From assembly GCA_047947115.1 (NCBI GenBank), contig CP170459.1, positions 2,112,001-2,176,000 on the forward strand: a stretch of 64,000 nucleotides of DNA, written 5' to 3'. This document shows positions 37,129 through 47,014 of this stretch, in pieces. The translations under genes and the position numbers were made by a program. The stretch is from Verrucomicrobiota bacterium. GTDB taxonomy: Bacteria > Verrucomicrobiota > Verrucomicrobiia > Limisphaerales > AAA164-E04. Each line of letters opens with the position of its first letter. Positions within the stretch are counted from its first letter, which is position 1. Under the pieces are notes generated by a model, which saw only the letters and a list, made by a program, of their open reading frames with translations, was not told where the DNA came from and did not search any database.

Positions 37129-38562
37129 ATGATCCGATATTCAAGTATTTGGTATGCATTACTGTCGCTTTGTGTGGGGACTTTTTCTGGCGATGCGGCT
37201 GCGCAGCTTCCGAACTTTTTGATCATTATGGCGGATGATTGTACCCACAATGATCTGCCCGTGTATGGTGGCAAGAATGCGAAGACACCGAACATCGATC
37301 GACTGGCTTCGCAGGGGGTGGTGTTTGATCGCGCCTATTTGACTTCAGCCATGTGCCAGCCCTGCAGAGCTGAGCTTTATACGGGATTGTATCCGATGCG
37401 AAATGGATGTGCCTGGAATCATTCCGCCAGTCGTCCCGGGATTACCAGCATGCCGCATCATCTTTCAAAACTTGGCTATCGCCTCGGGTTGGCTGGGAAG
37501 GTGCATGTCAGTCCGAAATCGGTGTTTCCTTTCGAAGCGGTGGATGGCTTTGATGACAATTGCGTTCGCAATCCGACACGTGCGCATGACTTGAAATCGG
37601 TGAGTGAATTCATCTCACGTGATACCGATCAACCCTTTTGTCTGGTGGTGGCTCTGGTTGAACCTCACGTGCCCTGGGTGATGGGGGATCCTTCCCAGTA
37701 TCCGCCGGATCAAATACAATTGCCGCCCAACATTGCCGACACGCCGCGGACGCGTGAGGATTTTGGTCGGTATCTTGCCGAGATCACTTATATGGACGGT
37801 CAGGTGGGAGAACTCATGCAGACGTTGAACTTGTCGGGCAAGTCCAACGACACCGTCGTACTGTTCACCTCCGAGCAGGGAGCCCAGTTTCCCGGTTGCA
37901 AATGGACCAATTGGGATACGGGGATCCACACGGCTTTGATCGCTCGCTGGCCGGGACGGGTGGTGGGGGGGAAACGTACCAAGGCGATGGTGCAGTATGC
38001 CGATGTGTTGCCCACTTTGATGGATATTGCGGGGGGAGCGGTTGCTTCCGGGGATTTTGATGGCAGCAGTTTCCTCGATGTCCTGACCGGACAACGCGAC
38101 AGTCACCGTACTTACACCTTTGGCATGCACAACAATGTTCCCGAAGGTCCGCCCTATCCGATTCGAAGTGTCAACAACGGTGAATACCACTACATCCGAA
38201 ATCTGAAACCTGATGAGATCTATATTGAGAAACACCTGATGGGGATGCAGGGGAATGGTCGGTTGAACAATCCGTATTGGGCCACCTGGGTATGGAATGC
38301 GACCGAGGATGAGGCAACCTACAATCTTGTGAAACGCTACACCAGTCGTCCTGCTGAGGCCTTGTATCACACGGCAACCGATCCCTATGAAATGAAAAAT
38401 CTGATCGAAGATCCAAAGCTGCAGGATGTTAAAGAACAGTTGGTCAAAGCGATGGAAAACTGGATGGAGTCCCAAGGCGATCCGGGATCCCCTCAGGATA
38501 CCTTTGAATCATTAAGGGCTTCCCGGCGGGGTGAGCATCGGTTTTTTCCGCCTTCCAACTAA
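37129..38562 (+). CDS. Sulfatase (formylglycine-dependent, heparan N-sulfatase-like)
   Basis: PNFLIIMADD, CQPCRAELYTG (CxPxR), GKVH, DPYEMKNL; signal peptide. Confidence 0.92.
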   Translation: MIRYSSIWYALLSLCVGTFSGDAAAQLPNFLIIMADDCTHNDLPVYGGKNAKTPNIDRLASQGVVFDRAYLTSAMCQPCRAELYTGLYPMRNGCAWNHSASRPGITSMPHHLSKLGYRLGLAGKVHVSPKSVFPFEAVDGFDDNCVRNPTRAHDLKSVSEFISRDTDQPFCLVVALVEPHVPWVMGDPSQYPPDQIQLPPNIADTPRTREDFGRYLAEITYMDGQVGELMQTLNLSGKSNDTVVLFTSEQGAQFPGCKWTNWDTGIHTALIARWPGRVVGGKRTKAMVQYADVLPTLMDIAGGAVASGDFDGSSFLDVLTGQRDSHRTYTFGMHNNVPEGPPYPIRSVNNGEYHYIRNLKPDEIYIEKHLMGMQGNGRLNNPYWATWVWNATEDEATYNLVKRYTSRPAEALYHTATDPYEMKNLIEDPKLQDVKEQLVKAMENWMESQGDPGSPQDTFESLRASRRGEHRFFPPSN

Positions 38563-38589
38563 AGTTGCAGAATTGTCAAAAAGCTTGAG

Positions 38590-38931
38590 TTGTCATCAGC
38601 TGTTCAACCTTGTAAAACCTTGCTCGTGAATCCGACGAATGATCCCACGGTGCTGTCGCCGATGATGATGTATGGATTGTGGGGATTGGGGGCAGGATTG
38701 ATTGCTTTGATCTTTCTGTGGCTCCTGAAGATTGAACCGTACGTGCGGAGGCGGACCCGTACATCAACCTTCTTTCTTTACCCCTGGGCACCTTGGAAGG
38801 ATTACCTGGACGGATTACGCGTATCCAGGCGGCACCGGCGTGGTACGCCTTCGTTCTTTCACTGGTTTCTATGGGGCAGTGCTTTGGAAGGCGTGGGAAT
38901 CATCCTCTGGCTGATCCTCTGGTTGGTTTAG
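38590..38931 (+). CDS. Small membrane protein, hypothetical (start uncertain: 38626 or 38662)
   Basis: Two hydrophobic helices separated by an Arg-rich loop; fills the gap between convergent genes. Confidence 0.5.
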   Translation: MSSAVQPCKTLLVNPTNDPTVLSPMMMYGLWGLGAGLIALIFLWLLKIEPYVRRRTRTSTFFLYPWAPWKDYLDGLRVSRRHRRGTPSFFHWFLWGSALEGVGIILWLILWLV

Positions 38932-38982
38932 ACGCCAGGTGGTGGTTTGTTCGTCGTTCATGACCGCCGGACCATATCACTT

Positions 38983-40659
38983 TCAGAAATGCTTTTCTTC
39001 CGAAGCGTACCGCATCACTTGGTAAATATAGTTCTGCTCCTGAACGCCTCGAAATAAATGAGCCATCGGGCCGGTCGCATACACCACGACATCCTCACCT
39101 CCATGCGTTTCGCTGCCCAATGGGATGGCCGCCTCCTGGATAAAGTGTTCGCATTCGACATCCACTTCGGTCAGGTCCGGTCTGGCTTCCCTCGGGACAT
39201 GGATGTATTTCCACTCCTTGGATAGAAAGGACAATGGACCTCCTGCCTTTTCGTGAAAATGCTGTCCTCCGTTGGAGATCTCCTGAGTTTTGATATTCAC
39301 CATTGGCCCTGTGTAACCGCCTCCATTGACATAACCCAGTGTGGTGTAGGGAAGTCCAAGGGCATCTTTGGCGGGACTTTTTTCCGGTTTACCTTGTTTA
39401 TCATTGTTCACAACAAGTCCGAGGATCGGGTTTCCGCGTGTCGGGTAACCGGCAATGGTGAATGTGTGGCTGTGGTCGGCGGTAACAATGATGAGTGTCT
39501 CTTTGAGTTCCTGCTCGGTTAAACTTTCTCGAACGGCTCTGACCGCGTTGGAGAGTTCTATAGTTTCGTTCAGAGCCCTGTAGGCATTGCCGGCATGATG
39601 AGCATGGTCAATGCGTCCGGATTCAATCATCAGAAAGAAGCCTTTCTCATTCTGCCTCAGAATCTCCAATGCTTTCAGCCCCATTTCCGTCAGGGAAGGT
39701 TCCTCCGGATAAATGGGTTTTGTTCGGTCGACTTCGTATTGCATGTGGCTGTCTTGGAACAATCCCAGCAGTTTTTTTGTTTGAGTGGGATCCACCAGTT
39801 CGAAACCTTGCTTGTCGTAAACAAACGAACTTTTGGGTTTCGTCAACCATTCATTGATCAGATTGCGTTCATCTTGTCGTTTTCCTTTTGCGGATGGATT
39901 CTCGTAATCAGGCTGGGTGTTTGGGATGAAACCCAGACGACCACCGCCCAATGCGACTTCCAGTCCGTCTCCGTAAGGGAACTCGATCAGTTGTAGGGCA
40001 ATATCCTTGAACCCGGCATTAGTGGCATCTTTGTGGTTGGTTCTGACGTCTGCATCCTGTTCCCAATCCCGTTCCGGTGAATGAGAATAGCATGCGGCGG
40101 GGGTTGCGTGGGTGATTCGGGCCGTGCTGACGATTCCGGTCGACCGGCCTTCTTTTTCAAAACGTTCCAGCAGCGTTTCCACTTTCCTGGCGGAGCCTCC
40201 GAAGTCCTCCCCCGAATCATGCGCGCCGCGCACCACTTTGTCATCGTATCCCAGAGTGCCGGCCTTGGTTTTGTGTCCGGTCATGATGGCGCTCATGGTG
40301 CCAGCTGAATCGGGTGTTTGCTGGTTGCTGTTGTACACCTTGATCATGGCGGTGTTCGGGAAAGCTTCCCAGCTCAAGTAATTTTCTTCTCCGGTATCGC
40401 CATGTTGTTGACCTTCCAGGATGCGCGAAGCGGTGATGGTGGATACGCCCATGCCATCGCCAATGAACAGGATGATGTTCTTCGCGTGCCCCATGTTTGG
40501 TTGTTCTGCGAGGGCCTGTTCGAGTCGGGCTTCCTGGTTGGCGAACGAATAAGGTTCGGTTGTCGCCGCCATGCAGGCGCTGATAGCACAGGCGAACATA
40601 AGAAATCCGCGCAGCCACGATGGGGTGCAATTGCTGGTTTGGGGCATTGGATGGGTCAT
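38983..40659 (-). CDS. phoA: Alkaline phosphatase (PhoA family)
   Basis: ILFIGDGMG, PDSAGT (catalytic Ser), ITHATPA, ESGRIDHAHH, TADHSH, ETHGGEDV. Confidence 0.92.
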   Translation of the reverse strand: MTHPMPQTSNCTPSWLRGFLMFACAISACMAATTEPYSFANQEARLEQALAEQPNMGHAKNIILFIGDGMGVSTITASRILEGQQHGDTGEENYLSWEAFPNTAMIKVYNSNQQTPDSAGTMSAIMTGHKTKAGTLGYDDKVVRGAHDSGEDFGGSARKVETLLERFEKEGRSTGIVSTARITHATPAACYSHSPERDWEQDADVRTNHKDATNAGFKDIALQLIEFPYGDGLEVALGGGRLGFIPNTQPDYENPSAKGKRQDERNLINEWLTKPKSSFVYDKQGFELVDPTQTKKLLGLFQDSHMQYEVDRTKPIYPEEPSLTEMGLKALEILRQNEKGFFLMIESGRIDHAHHAGNAYRALNETIELSNAVRAVRESLTEQELKETLIIVTADHSHTFTIAGYPTRGNPILGLVVNNDKQGKPEKSPAKDALGLPYTTLGYVNGGGYTGPMVNIKTQEISNGGQHFHEKAGGPLSFLSKEWKYIHVPREARPDLTEVDVECEHFIQEAAIPLGSETHGGEDVVVYATGPMAHLFRGVQEQNYIYQVMRYASEEKHF

Positions 40660-40801
40660 GGATTGTCGTTGTTGAGTTTTGAATGCGGCTGAATCTACTT
40701 AAACAGCAATCAGCGAATCAATACTTCACATCTTGCTGAGCCCTGATGGGAAGGTTAATTCGCATATTCTCGTGGCGACTCCATTTCTTTTTGGTGACGA
40801 T

Positions 40802-42238
40802 TCAGAGATCGAAGACCGTTTTGTCCATCGTGGTCTGACCGCCTTCGTCATCACGTGGTGCATCGGGCTGATGGAACATCAGGCAGAAAGGACCGATGTT
40901 GATTTGGTCCTTGTCGCGCAAGAGAGTGGGTTCGGTGACTTTTCGACCGTTGTGAAAGGTGCCGTTGCGGCTGCCTGCATCGATGAGCCAGAGTTGATCG
41001 TTCTTTTCTTTTTGGATCATGGCATGGCGTCGGGAGACTTTCTGGTTGGGCAGACACAGATCGCTGGCGTCGGTTCGTCCGATGCTGCAGTTGGAGCGGA
41101 TGCGGATGCGTTCGCCTTCGGGCATTTCGATTTCGGCGACCGGACGGACGCGGTCAATCCATTCCAGATTGTAAACCTGCTGGTAAATCCTGTTTCGAAC
41201 GACGAGGTGATTTTTTTCCACACGAATCAGGCCGGATAGGAAAAGTTCGCTGATCATGGGGTTGGTGTCGTCATCCGGGACGATTTCATTGTTCAGAATA
41301 CGTTCATACAGCTCCAGCAAGGTCATTTGATCCAGATGACTCCGGCGAATGCGCTCGCGAACATAGAGGAGGTTGTCATCTTTTTCACGCGCCCGACTGG
41401 ATAGGAAAATATCCTCGCAGACCGAATCCACCAGGGCACCCGGTGTCAGGTCCGAGGACTCGTCGCCAGCTACCAATTCCGTGATGGCCCGGCACAGTCG
41501 TTGGGTGAGGAAAGGGTGGCCATGTGTCCAGTAGTGGATGCGTTGCAGCAACTGGATCGAGCGTTCCTGATCGTCCGGGTTTCGTTCCAGCCCACGCGCC
41601 AGGGGAATGGCTTCGTTATAAGAGAAGTCATTTAAAGGTATCCGGCGACCGATGTTAAATGGTGTTGTGTTGGGGTCTTTGATGAGGTCGGCAGGTGTGG
41701 CCACCCCCAGCAGGCAGAAGGTCAGTTTCTTGTATTCCTCATCTTCGATGCGTTGGTTGTAGCATTGCCGGATAGCGGCGAAGAATTCGTCGGTGGAAAA
41801 CGGCAGGCTACGCACCATGTCCAGTTCGTCGAAGAAAATAACCAGTGTTTTCTTGACCCTGGGTAAAATCACGTGGCGAATGGCCTGGAACCAACGTTGA
41901 ACGGGACTCAACCGCTGGTGATCCATCCAATAGTCCTCGAGTTCATCCTCCAGATGCATGGATTGTCCGATTTTGACCAGGAGACCGTCGTACCATTGTT
42001 CTGCGTTGACGTTTTGACCGATGGCGGTGAGGTCGAGGATGAGGGTGTCGATACCCACTTCCTTCAAGCGCATGGCGGCCCGCACCATGCTCGAGGACTT
42101 CCCCATTTGTCGGGCGGTGAGTACATAGCAAAACTCGCCTTGGGACAACAGATCGAACAGTTCTTTGTCGGAAGTGCGTTCAACGTATGAGGGGCTGTTA
42201 TGGTGCAAGGTACCCCCCGTAGTGAAAAACCAGCTCAT
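40802..42238 (-). CDS. AAA_35-family NTPase with C-terminal FHA domain
   Basis: YVER..DKEL, TARQMGKSS (Walker A), IFFDELD (Walker B), TPFNIG, WTHGHPFLTQ; FHA IGR...VSRRHA...GSRNGTFHNG. Confidence 0.88.
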   Translation of the reverse strand: MSWFFTTGGTLHHNSPSYVERTSDKELFDLLSQGEFCYVLTARQMGKSSSMVRAAMRLKEVGIDTLILDLTAIGQNVNAEQWYDGLLVKIGQSMHLEDELEDYWMDHQRLSPVQRWFQAIRHVILPRVKKTLVIFFDELDMVRSLPFSTDEFFAAIRQCYNQRIEDEEYKKLTFCLLGVATPADLIKDPNTTPFNIGRRIPLNDFSYNEAIPLARGLERNPDDQERSIQLLQRIHYWTHGHPFLTQRLCRAITELVAGDESSDLTPGALVDSVCEDIFLSSRAREKDDNLLYVRERIRRSHLDQMTLLELYERILNNEIVPDDDTNPMISELFLSGLIRVEKNHLVVRNRIYQQVYNLEWIDRVRPVAEIEMPEGERIRIRSNCSIGRTDASDLCLPNQKVSRRHAMIQKEKNDQLWLIDAGSRNGTFHNGRKVTEPTLLRDKDQINIGPFCLMFHQPDAPRDDEGGQTTMDKTVFDL

Positions 42239-42395
42239 GGCCGAATGTTAGAAGAATGGGCAGGTATGCGCCAATCAGAAATAACAACTGTTTCTTGTTG
42301 TCTGGTAAGGATTGGCAATTTTTTGATTCAACTTTGTAACCACCTCTTCCATGGGGGCGTCTTGGGATAACGAACATTGAAACAAGGATTTCATC

Positions 42396-43076
42396 ATGAA
42401 ACGAAAAGCAATTATTCTAGCAATGGCGGCCCTCGCAGCCGCAGTCACTGTCGATATGCAAGCCCAAGGCCGCGGTCAAGGTCGTGGACAGGGTAGAGGA
42501 GAAGGCCCCGGAGGCGGGCAGGAAGGATTTCAGCGCGGACCACGCGGCCAGTTCGGCGGTCCGGGGGGACCGGGGGGCATGGGGCGTTTTGGAGCTCCGC
42601 CCGTTTTTGCCGCATTGGATGCGAATCAGGACGGTGAACTTTCCGTTGAAGAAATCAAAAATGCTGCAGCAGCCCTCCAGAAGCTGGATGCCAACAAGGA
42701 TGGCAAGATTTCATTGGATGAAGTTCGGCCACAAGGCGGTCCTCGGGGCGAAGGGGAAGGTCCCGGTCGCTTTGGACGGGGTGGTGATGGAGCTTTTCAA
42801 CGAGGTGGTGGCGGCGGTGGCAACAACCAGATGGTGGATCGTATCATGCAGTCGGATGCCAACAATGACGGCAAGGTTTCCAAGGACGAACTGCCTGAGC
42901 GGATGCAGCGGTTGATGGGATCATTGGATGCCGATAAAGATGGTTTTATCACACGTGAGGAAGCTAAAAAAGGTTTGGCTGAAATCAGAGGTGGTGGTCA
43001 GCCGGGTCGGCCGGAAGGTGAAGGTCGTGGCCGCGGTGGTCGTGGACCAGGTCGTCAGGGTGCGAGCGACCGTTGA
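42396..43076 (+). CDS. Secreted Gly/Arg-rich EF-hand protein
   Basis: Four EF-hand loops (DANQDGELSVEE, DANKDGKISLDE, DANNDGKVSKDE, DADKDGFITREE); signal peptide. Confidence 0.9.
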   Translation: MKRKAIILAMAALAAAVTVDMQAQGRGQGRGQGRGEGPGGGQEGFQRGPRGQFGGPGGPGGMGRFGAPPVFAALDANQDGELSVEEIKNAAAALQKLDANKDGKISLDEVRPQGGPRGEGEGPGRFGRGGDGAFQRGGGGGGNNQMVDRIMQSDANNDGKVSKDELPERMQRLMGSLDADKDGFITREEAKKGLAEIRGGGQPGRPEGEGRGRGGRGPGRQGASDR

Positions 43077-43115
43077 TTTGATCGATCAATCTTTCAAGAA
43101 TTCATTCACCCGCAT

Positions 43116-43148
43116 AAAAGCCCCGAAGCGTTTACTTCGGGGCTTTTT
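43116..43148. terminator. Bidirectional Rho-independent terminator
   Basis: AAAAGCCCCGAAG-CGTTTA-CTTCGGGGCTTTTT between convergent genes. Confidence 0.85.
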
Positions 43149-43167
43149 CATTTTTCTTGAAAGTGTT

Positions 43168-43584
43168 TCAGTAGGACTGCTTGTCGGAGACTGCCGCCGG
43201 GTTGCGTTGGATGAGCTCGATCTCATAACCTTCGGGAGCATCAATGAATGCGAATCCCCCGCTGCCATCGGGTTTCATGGTGGGGCCGTCGGAAAACTCA
43301 ACCCCGATTGATTTGATGTGTTCCCCAAACGCCTCCAAGCTGTCCACGATGAACGCCAGATGCGTCAGATCCTCCTGAACCTCCACTTTCCCGCTGTTGG
43401 GAAAATAGCAGAGTTCGATCAGTTCTTCGCTTTCCGGCGCTTTAAGAAAAGCCAGTTCGGAACCGCGCGGTGACTTGTGTCGGCGCACTTCTTCCAGTCC
43501 CAGGACCTTCTTGTAAAAGTCCACACTCTTTTCCAGATCGCTCACGCGATACCTTGTATGATCCAAACGACGTACGATTGACAT
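43168..43584 (-). CDS. VOC family protein, lactoylglutathione lyase (glyoxalase I)-like
   Basis: HTRYRVSDLEKSVDFY, HLAF, FIDAPEGYEIELIQ. Confidence 0.88.
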   Translation of the reverse strand: MSIVRRLDHTRYRVSDLEKSVDFYKKVLGLEEVRRHKSPRGSELAFLKAPESEELIELCYFPNSGKVEVQEDLTHLAFIVDSLEAFGEHIKSIGVEFSDGPTMKPDGSGGFAFIDAPEGYEIELIQRNPAAVSDKQSY

Positions 43585-43629
43585 GGGGTGAAGATAGGGG
43601 GTGAATGATCTCAGGGCAACAGTCGATTC

Positions 43630-44304
43630 TCACCTTTCGGCCACTGTGTCCGATTCCTGGGCGCGAAGTTCGGTCTCCTTTTTCCGGATGGCTTCCCTCA
43701 GGAGCATCTCAGCGGACCAACCTTTTGCCTGGGCATTCATGGCCAGATCCAAAAGCTGGGCTCCCAAAGCTTCCGGAAAGGCTGGCAAGGTGGCATCGGC
43801 GGGAACGTCTGACGCAATCAGCTTTGCTTTCCGCGCCTTCTTGGCAAGTTTTTCCGCGTATTGGAGGGCGGGTAAATGCCGGGGAATGCCGTCCAATGCC
43901 GAACTGCGCTCAAGGTGCGTGCCTTCTTTTTCCTCCCGTTTGATCTTTTCCCAGTTCGCCCAGACGCCGTCGACGTCCTTGACTTTGGTGTCGCCAAATA
44001 CATGGGGATGCCTGCGGATAAGTTTTTCTGACAGGGTATTGCAGACCTGGTCGAAATGAAAGGCGTCCCGCTCTTTTCCAAGCTGGCAGTGGAACACGAC
44101 TTGAAGCAGAAGATCACCGAGTTCTTCCACCATTTCATGCTCATCGTTGGCTTCAATGGCGTCAATCAGCTCATAAACCTCTTCCACTGCGTGAAAACGA
44201 AGACTCTGGTGGTTCTGTTCCTTATCCCACGGACATCCATCGGGAGCCCTGAGTCTGGCCATGATTTCCAATACTTTTTGGATGGGTGTTTGCTGTTCTG
44301 TCAT
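43630..44304 (-). CDS. mazG: MazG family nucleoside triphosphate pyrophosphohydrolase
   Basis: LRAPDGCPWDKEQ, EEVYELIDAI, EELGDLLLQVVFH, KLIRRHPHVFG. Confidence 0.9.
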   Translation of the reverse strand: MTEQQTPIQKVLEIMARLRAPDGCPWDKEQNHQSLRFHAVEEVYELIDAIEANDEHEMVEELGDLLLQVVFHCQLGKERDAFHFDQVCNTLSEKLIRRHPHVFGDTKVKDVDGVWANWEKIKREEKEGTHLERSSALDGIPRHLPALQYAEKLAKKARKAKLIASDVPADATLPAFPEALGAQLLDLAMNAQAKGWSAEMLLREAIRKKETELRAQESDTVAER

Positions 44305-44316
44305 GCTGTCGGATTC

Positions 44317-45393
44317 TTAGAGGATAACGAGATTGTCACGGTGAATGATTTCTCCTTCGCGTTGGTTCCAGGTTGGAAAGGATTCGGAATCCCATTCCGC
44401 AATGCCCAGCGCAAATTCCGTTCCCTCCTCATCGCGGACACGGACCACTTCGCCGGATTTGAATTGCCCCTGTATGTCACGCACTCCCTTTGGAAGCAGG
44501 CTGCGTCCGTTTTCTCGTAGGGCGATCTTGGCTCCTTGATCCACGATCAAAGCCCCCTTGGGTCGATGGAAAAATGCGATCCAGCGTTTGCGTCCTTTGA
44601 GCCGCTTGTCACATGGCAGAAAGACGGTGCCCACATCCTTTCCTTCTGTCATGTCCTGAAGAATGGACGGGTTTCTGCCCGGGCCAATGAACATGGGGAT
44701 GCCGGATAGAACCGCGATACGGGCGGCTTCCACTTTGGTGGCCATTCCGCCGGTGGCCGTCACGCTGGTGGTTCCCTTGGCCATCGCAATGATGTCGTCC
44801 GTGATGGTGGCTACTTCCGCCAACCGTTCCGCGCCGGGTTGTCCGAAATTTTTGATCAATCCTTCCGCCGTGGTCAGGATCACGAGCAAGTCGGCGTGGA
44901 TGAGGCTGGCGACCAGCGCGGACAAGGTGTCGTTGTCCCCGAACTTGAGTTCCGTGAACGAGACGGTGTCGTTTTCATTGACGATGGGGATGATGTTTCT
45001 GTCCAGCAAAGCCACCAGGGTGTTGCGGGCATTCAGGTGGCGGTCGTGATGCTTGAGGTCTGCGTGTGTCAGCAATACCTGTCCGACACTCAGCCCGTGC
45101 CGTGCAAACAAATCGGAGTAAGTGTTCATGAGCCGGGTTTGTCCAACGGCGGCACATGCCTGCAGGTCGGCCAGATCACGGGGGCGCTTTTCCAGGCCCA
45201 GACTCCCCATGCCGGCTCCGACTGCTCCGGAGGAAACCAGCACAACATCCCGCCCCTGCTTTTTCAAGTCGGCGATTTGGTCGGCCAATTGCTGCATCTG
45301 GGTCACATCGGGATGGTTGCGGTCATCGGTCAGGATGCCGGTTCCAAGTTTGATCACCAGGCGTTGGGCTTTGTTCAACAGTGTGGTTCGCAT
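44317..45393 (-). CDS. proB: Glutamate 5-kinase with PUA domain
   Basis: VIKLGT, VSSGAVGAG, AAVGQ, PIVNENDTV, FGDNDTLSA, TGGMATK, IIHRDNLV. Likely ATG at 45393. Confidence 0.96.
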   Translation of the reverse strand: MRTTLLNKAQRLVIKLGTGILTDDRNHPDVTQMQQLADQIADLKKQGRDVVLVSSGAVGAGMGSLGLEKRPRDLADLQACAAVGQTRLMNTYSDLFARHGLSVGQVLLTHADLKHHDRHLNARNTLVALLDRNIIPIVNENDTVSFTELKFGDNDTLSALVASLIHADLLVILTTAEGLIKNFGQPGAERLAEVATITDDIIAMAKGTTSVTATGGMATKVEAARIAVLSGIPMFIGPGRNPSILQDMTEGKDVGTVFLPCDKRLKGRKRWIAFFHRPKGALIVDQGAKIALRENGRSLLPKGVRDIQGQFKSGEVVRVRDEEGTEFALGIAEWDSESFPTWNQREGEIIHRDNLVIL

Positions 45394-45444
45394 ATTTGCG
45401 CTAAATGCGGATAAACTGCACGGGTCTTGTCCGGGGACCAACGG

Positions 45445-46818
45445 TCAAAGTTCTTTGATGTACAGACTGGCAAACTCGATGGGGTCGCCATGGTGTTGCA
45501 GTCCGATGGGGCCGCTCTCGGGCACATTTGGAAGCCGGGCTTTTTCGATCACGGTGATCCCGTTCAAGACCACCGTCAGCTTGTCCCCTTGCATGGTGAT
45601 GATAAATCGGTTCCATTTGCCGATGGCGTTGTCCGCTTTGACTCTTGGTGTGAGTGCCGCCCGTACCGCCGGGTCGGTGTTGGGATCATTACGGTAGCCA
45701 TATACTTCTCCTGATCCAATGCTCCAGTTCCAGATATTGACCTGGCTTTTGGTGTTGCCGCGAAGAAAAATGCCGCTGTCTCCGGCTGATTGAATCACTT
45801 CTGTTCTGCGGTTTCCTTGTGCGTCTTGGGCATAATCACCATTGGGCAGCACGATGGGGAATTCACGTTTCGCTACCTCGCCCGACCAACGCCAGTCGCA
45901 GATCATGATGAAATCTTTGTAAGTTTCCCGGGTCCAGAGGTGCTTGATTTCGGCTTTGCTCTTGCCGTCGTAAGTCAGTTTCCAGTCGGCAGCACGCCAG
46001 TGATCTTCACTGCCTTCGTGAACCACCCAGCCCGACAAGTCGACTCCTGTATAGATTGATTTGAACCCTTCGTCCAGAGGCGCCGTTTCGTCAGGGGTGG
46101 GGTGGGTGGATGGGAGTTCCTTGATACGGATGTTCCGGTAATCCACCTTGCCTCCTTCCGATTCCAATGCGATGTACCCTTTGCGGTAAATGCAGTCCTG
46201 TCCACCGGAAACTTCCTTGCCGTTGACAGCCAGTTTGATCACACCGTTGTTACAGGTCACACGGTAATGATTCCATTCCGGTGAACTGTTGGAGCGCATT
46301 TCATTGGGGAAACTGCGTGAGCCTCTGCTGGGAGCATCCGGTTTCATGGTGGAACCGTGGATAGGGAAAATATCCCCATGAGTCGTGAACCAGTCTGATT
46401 TTCCATAGGCATTGTCGAGGATCTGAACCTCGATGGCTCTGAGGAAAGGGACTCCGGGGGCTGATATGGGTTCCGCCCAGACAAAAAGGCCTGCGTTGCC
46501 TCCCGGAACCAGATGACGCCACTCCAATTCCAGCACAAAGTTCTCATATTGCTTTTGTGTGCGGAGCGCTCCGGTCGGCACCCCTGTGCATTGGATCATA
46601 CCGTCCTTCACCGTCCAGGTGTTGGGGGCGCAATTGACATTGACCCATCCGTCCAGTGATCTGCCGTCAAACAGGGGAACAAAACCTTGTTCCGGTCCGG
46701 TGGCGTTTCCGTTGGTCGGCTGGGCCAGTATCACTGCGTTGCACGCAAAGGTGATGATGGTCATCAAATGGAAGCATCTCCTCATCATGTCTCGGCAGTC
46801 TTGAGCAGAAAAAGACAT
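45445..46818 (-). CDS. Tandem DUF1080 (3-keto-disaccharide hydrolase-like) protein, secreted
   Basis: Two copies: LFDGRSLDGW...GYIALESEG...YRNIRIKEL and IYTGVDLSGW...GPIGLQHHG...LYIKEL. Confidence 0.88.
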   Translation of the reverse strand: MSFSAQDCRDMMRRCFHLMTIITFACNAVILAQPTNGNATGPEQGFVPLFDGRSLDGWVNVNCAPNTWTVKDGMIQCTGVPTGALRTQKQYENFVLELEWRHLVPGGNAGLFVWAEPISAPGVPFLRAIEVQILDNAYGKSDWFTTHGDIFPIHGSTMKPDAPSRGSRSFPNEMRSNSSPEWNHYRVTCNNGVIKLAVNGKEVSGGQDCIYRKGYIALESEGGKVDYRNIRIKELPSTHPTPDETAPLDEGFKSIYTGVDLSGWVVHEGSEDHWRAADWKLTYDGKSKAEIKHLWTRETYKDFIMICDWRWSGEVAKREFPIVLPNGDYAQDAQGNRRTEVIQSAGDSGIFLRGNTKSQVNIWNWSIGSGEVYGYRNDPNTDPAVRAALTPRVKADNAIGKWNRFIITMQGDKLTVVLNGITVIEKARLPNVPESGPIGLQHHGDPIEFASLYIKEL

Positions 46819-47014
46819 TGAGCAAGCCGATAAATCGCCGCATCATCCACTTGTTCCTGCCAAAAACGTTGAGTGTTTGACAACGAAAGCGGGTAATTGG
46901 CGGATGCATCTGTTTCCGGCCCATGTTAACGTGGCAGTGGAAATGCGGCGTGCGGGTGTCTGCGTGAGTGAAGTGCGCATCCAAATCATAGAAATCTCCA
47001 AATCCATTTGAATT

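Noticed and set aside
42465..42600. GRGQ/GGPG low-complexity repeats
   Set aside because: Coding low-complexity linker of the EF-hand protein, not an independent DNA repeat.
43630..44304. MazG as part of a TA or anti-phage system
   Set aside because: Sits in a housekeeping run (proB-mazG-glyoxalase) with no mazEF or defence genes adjacent.
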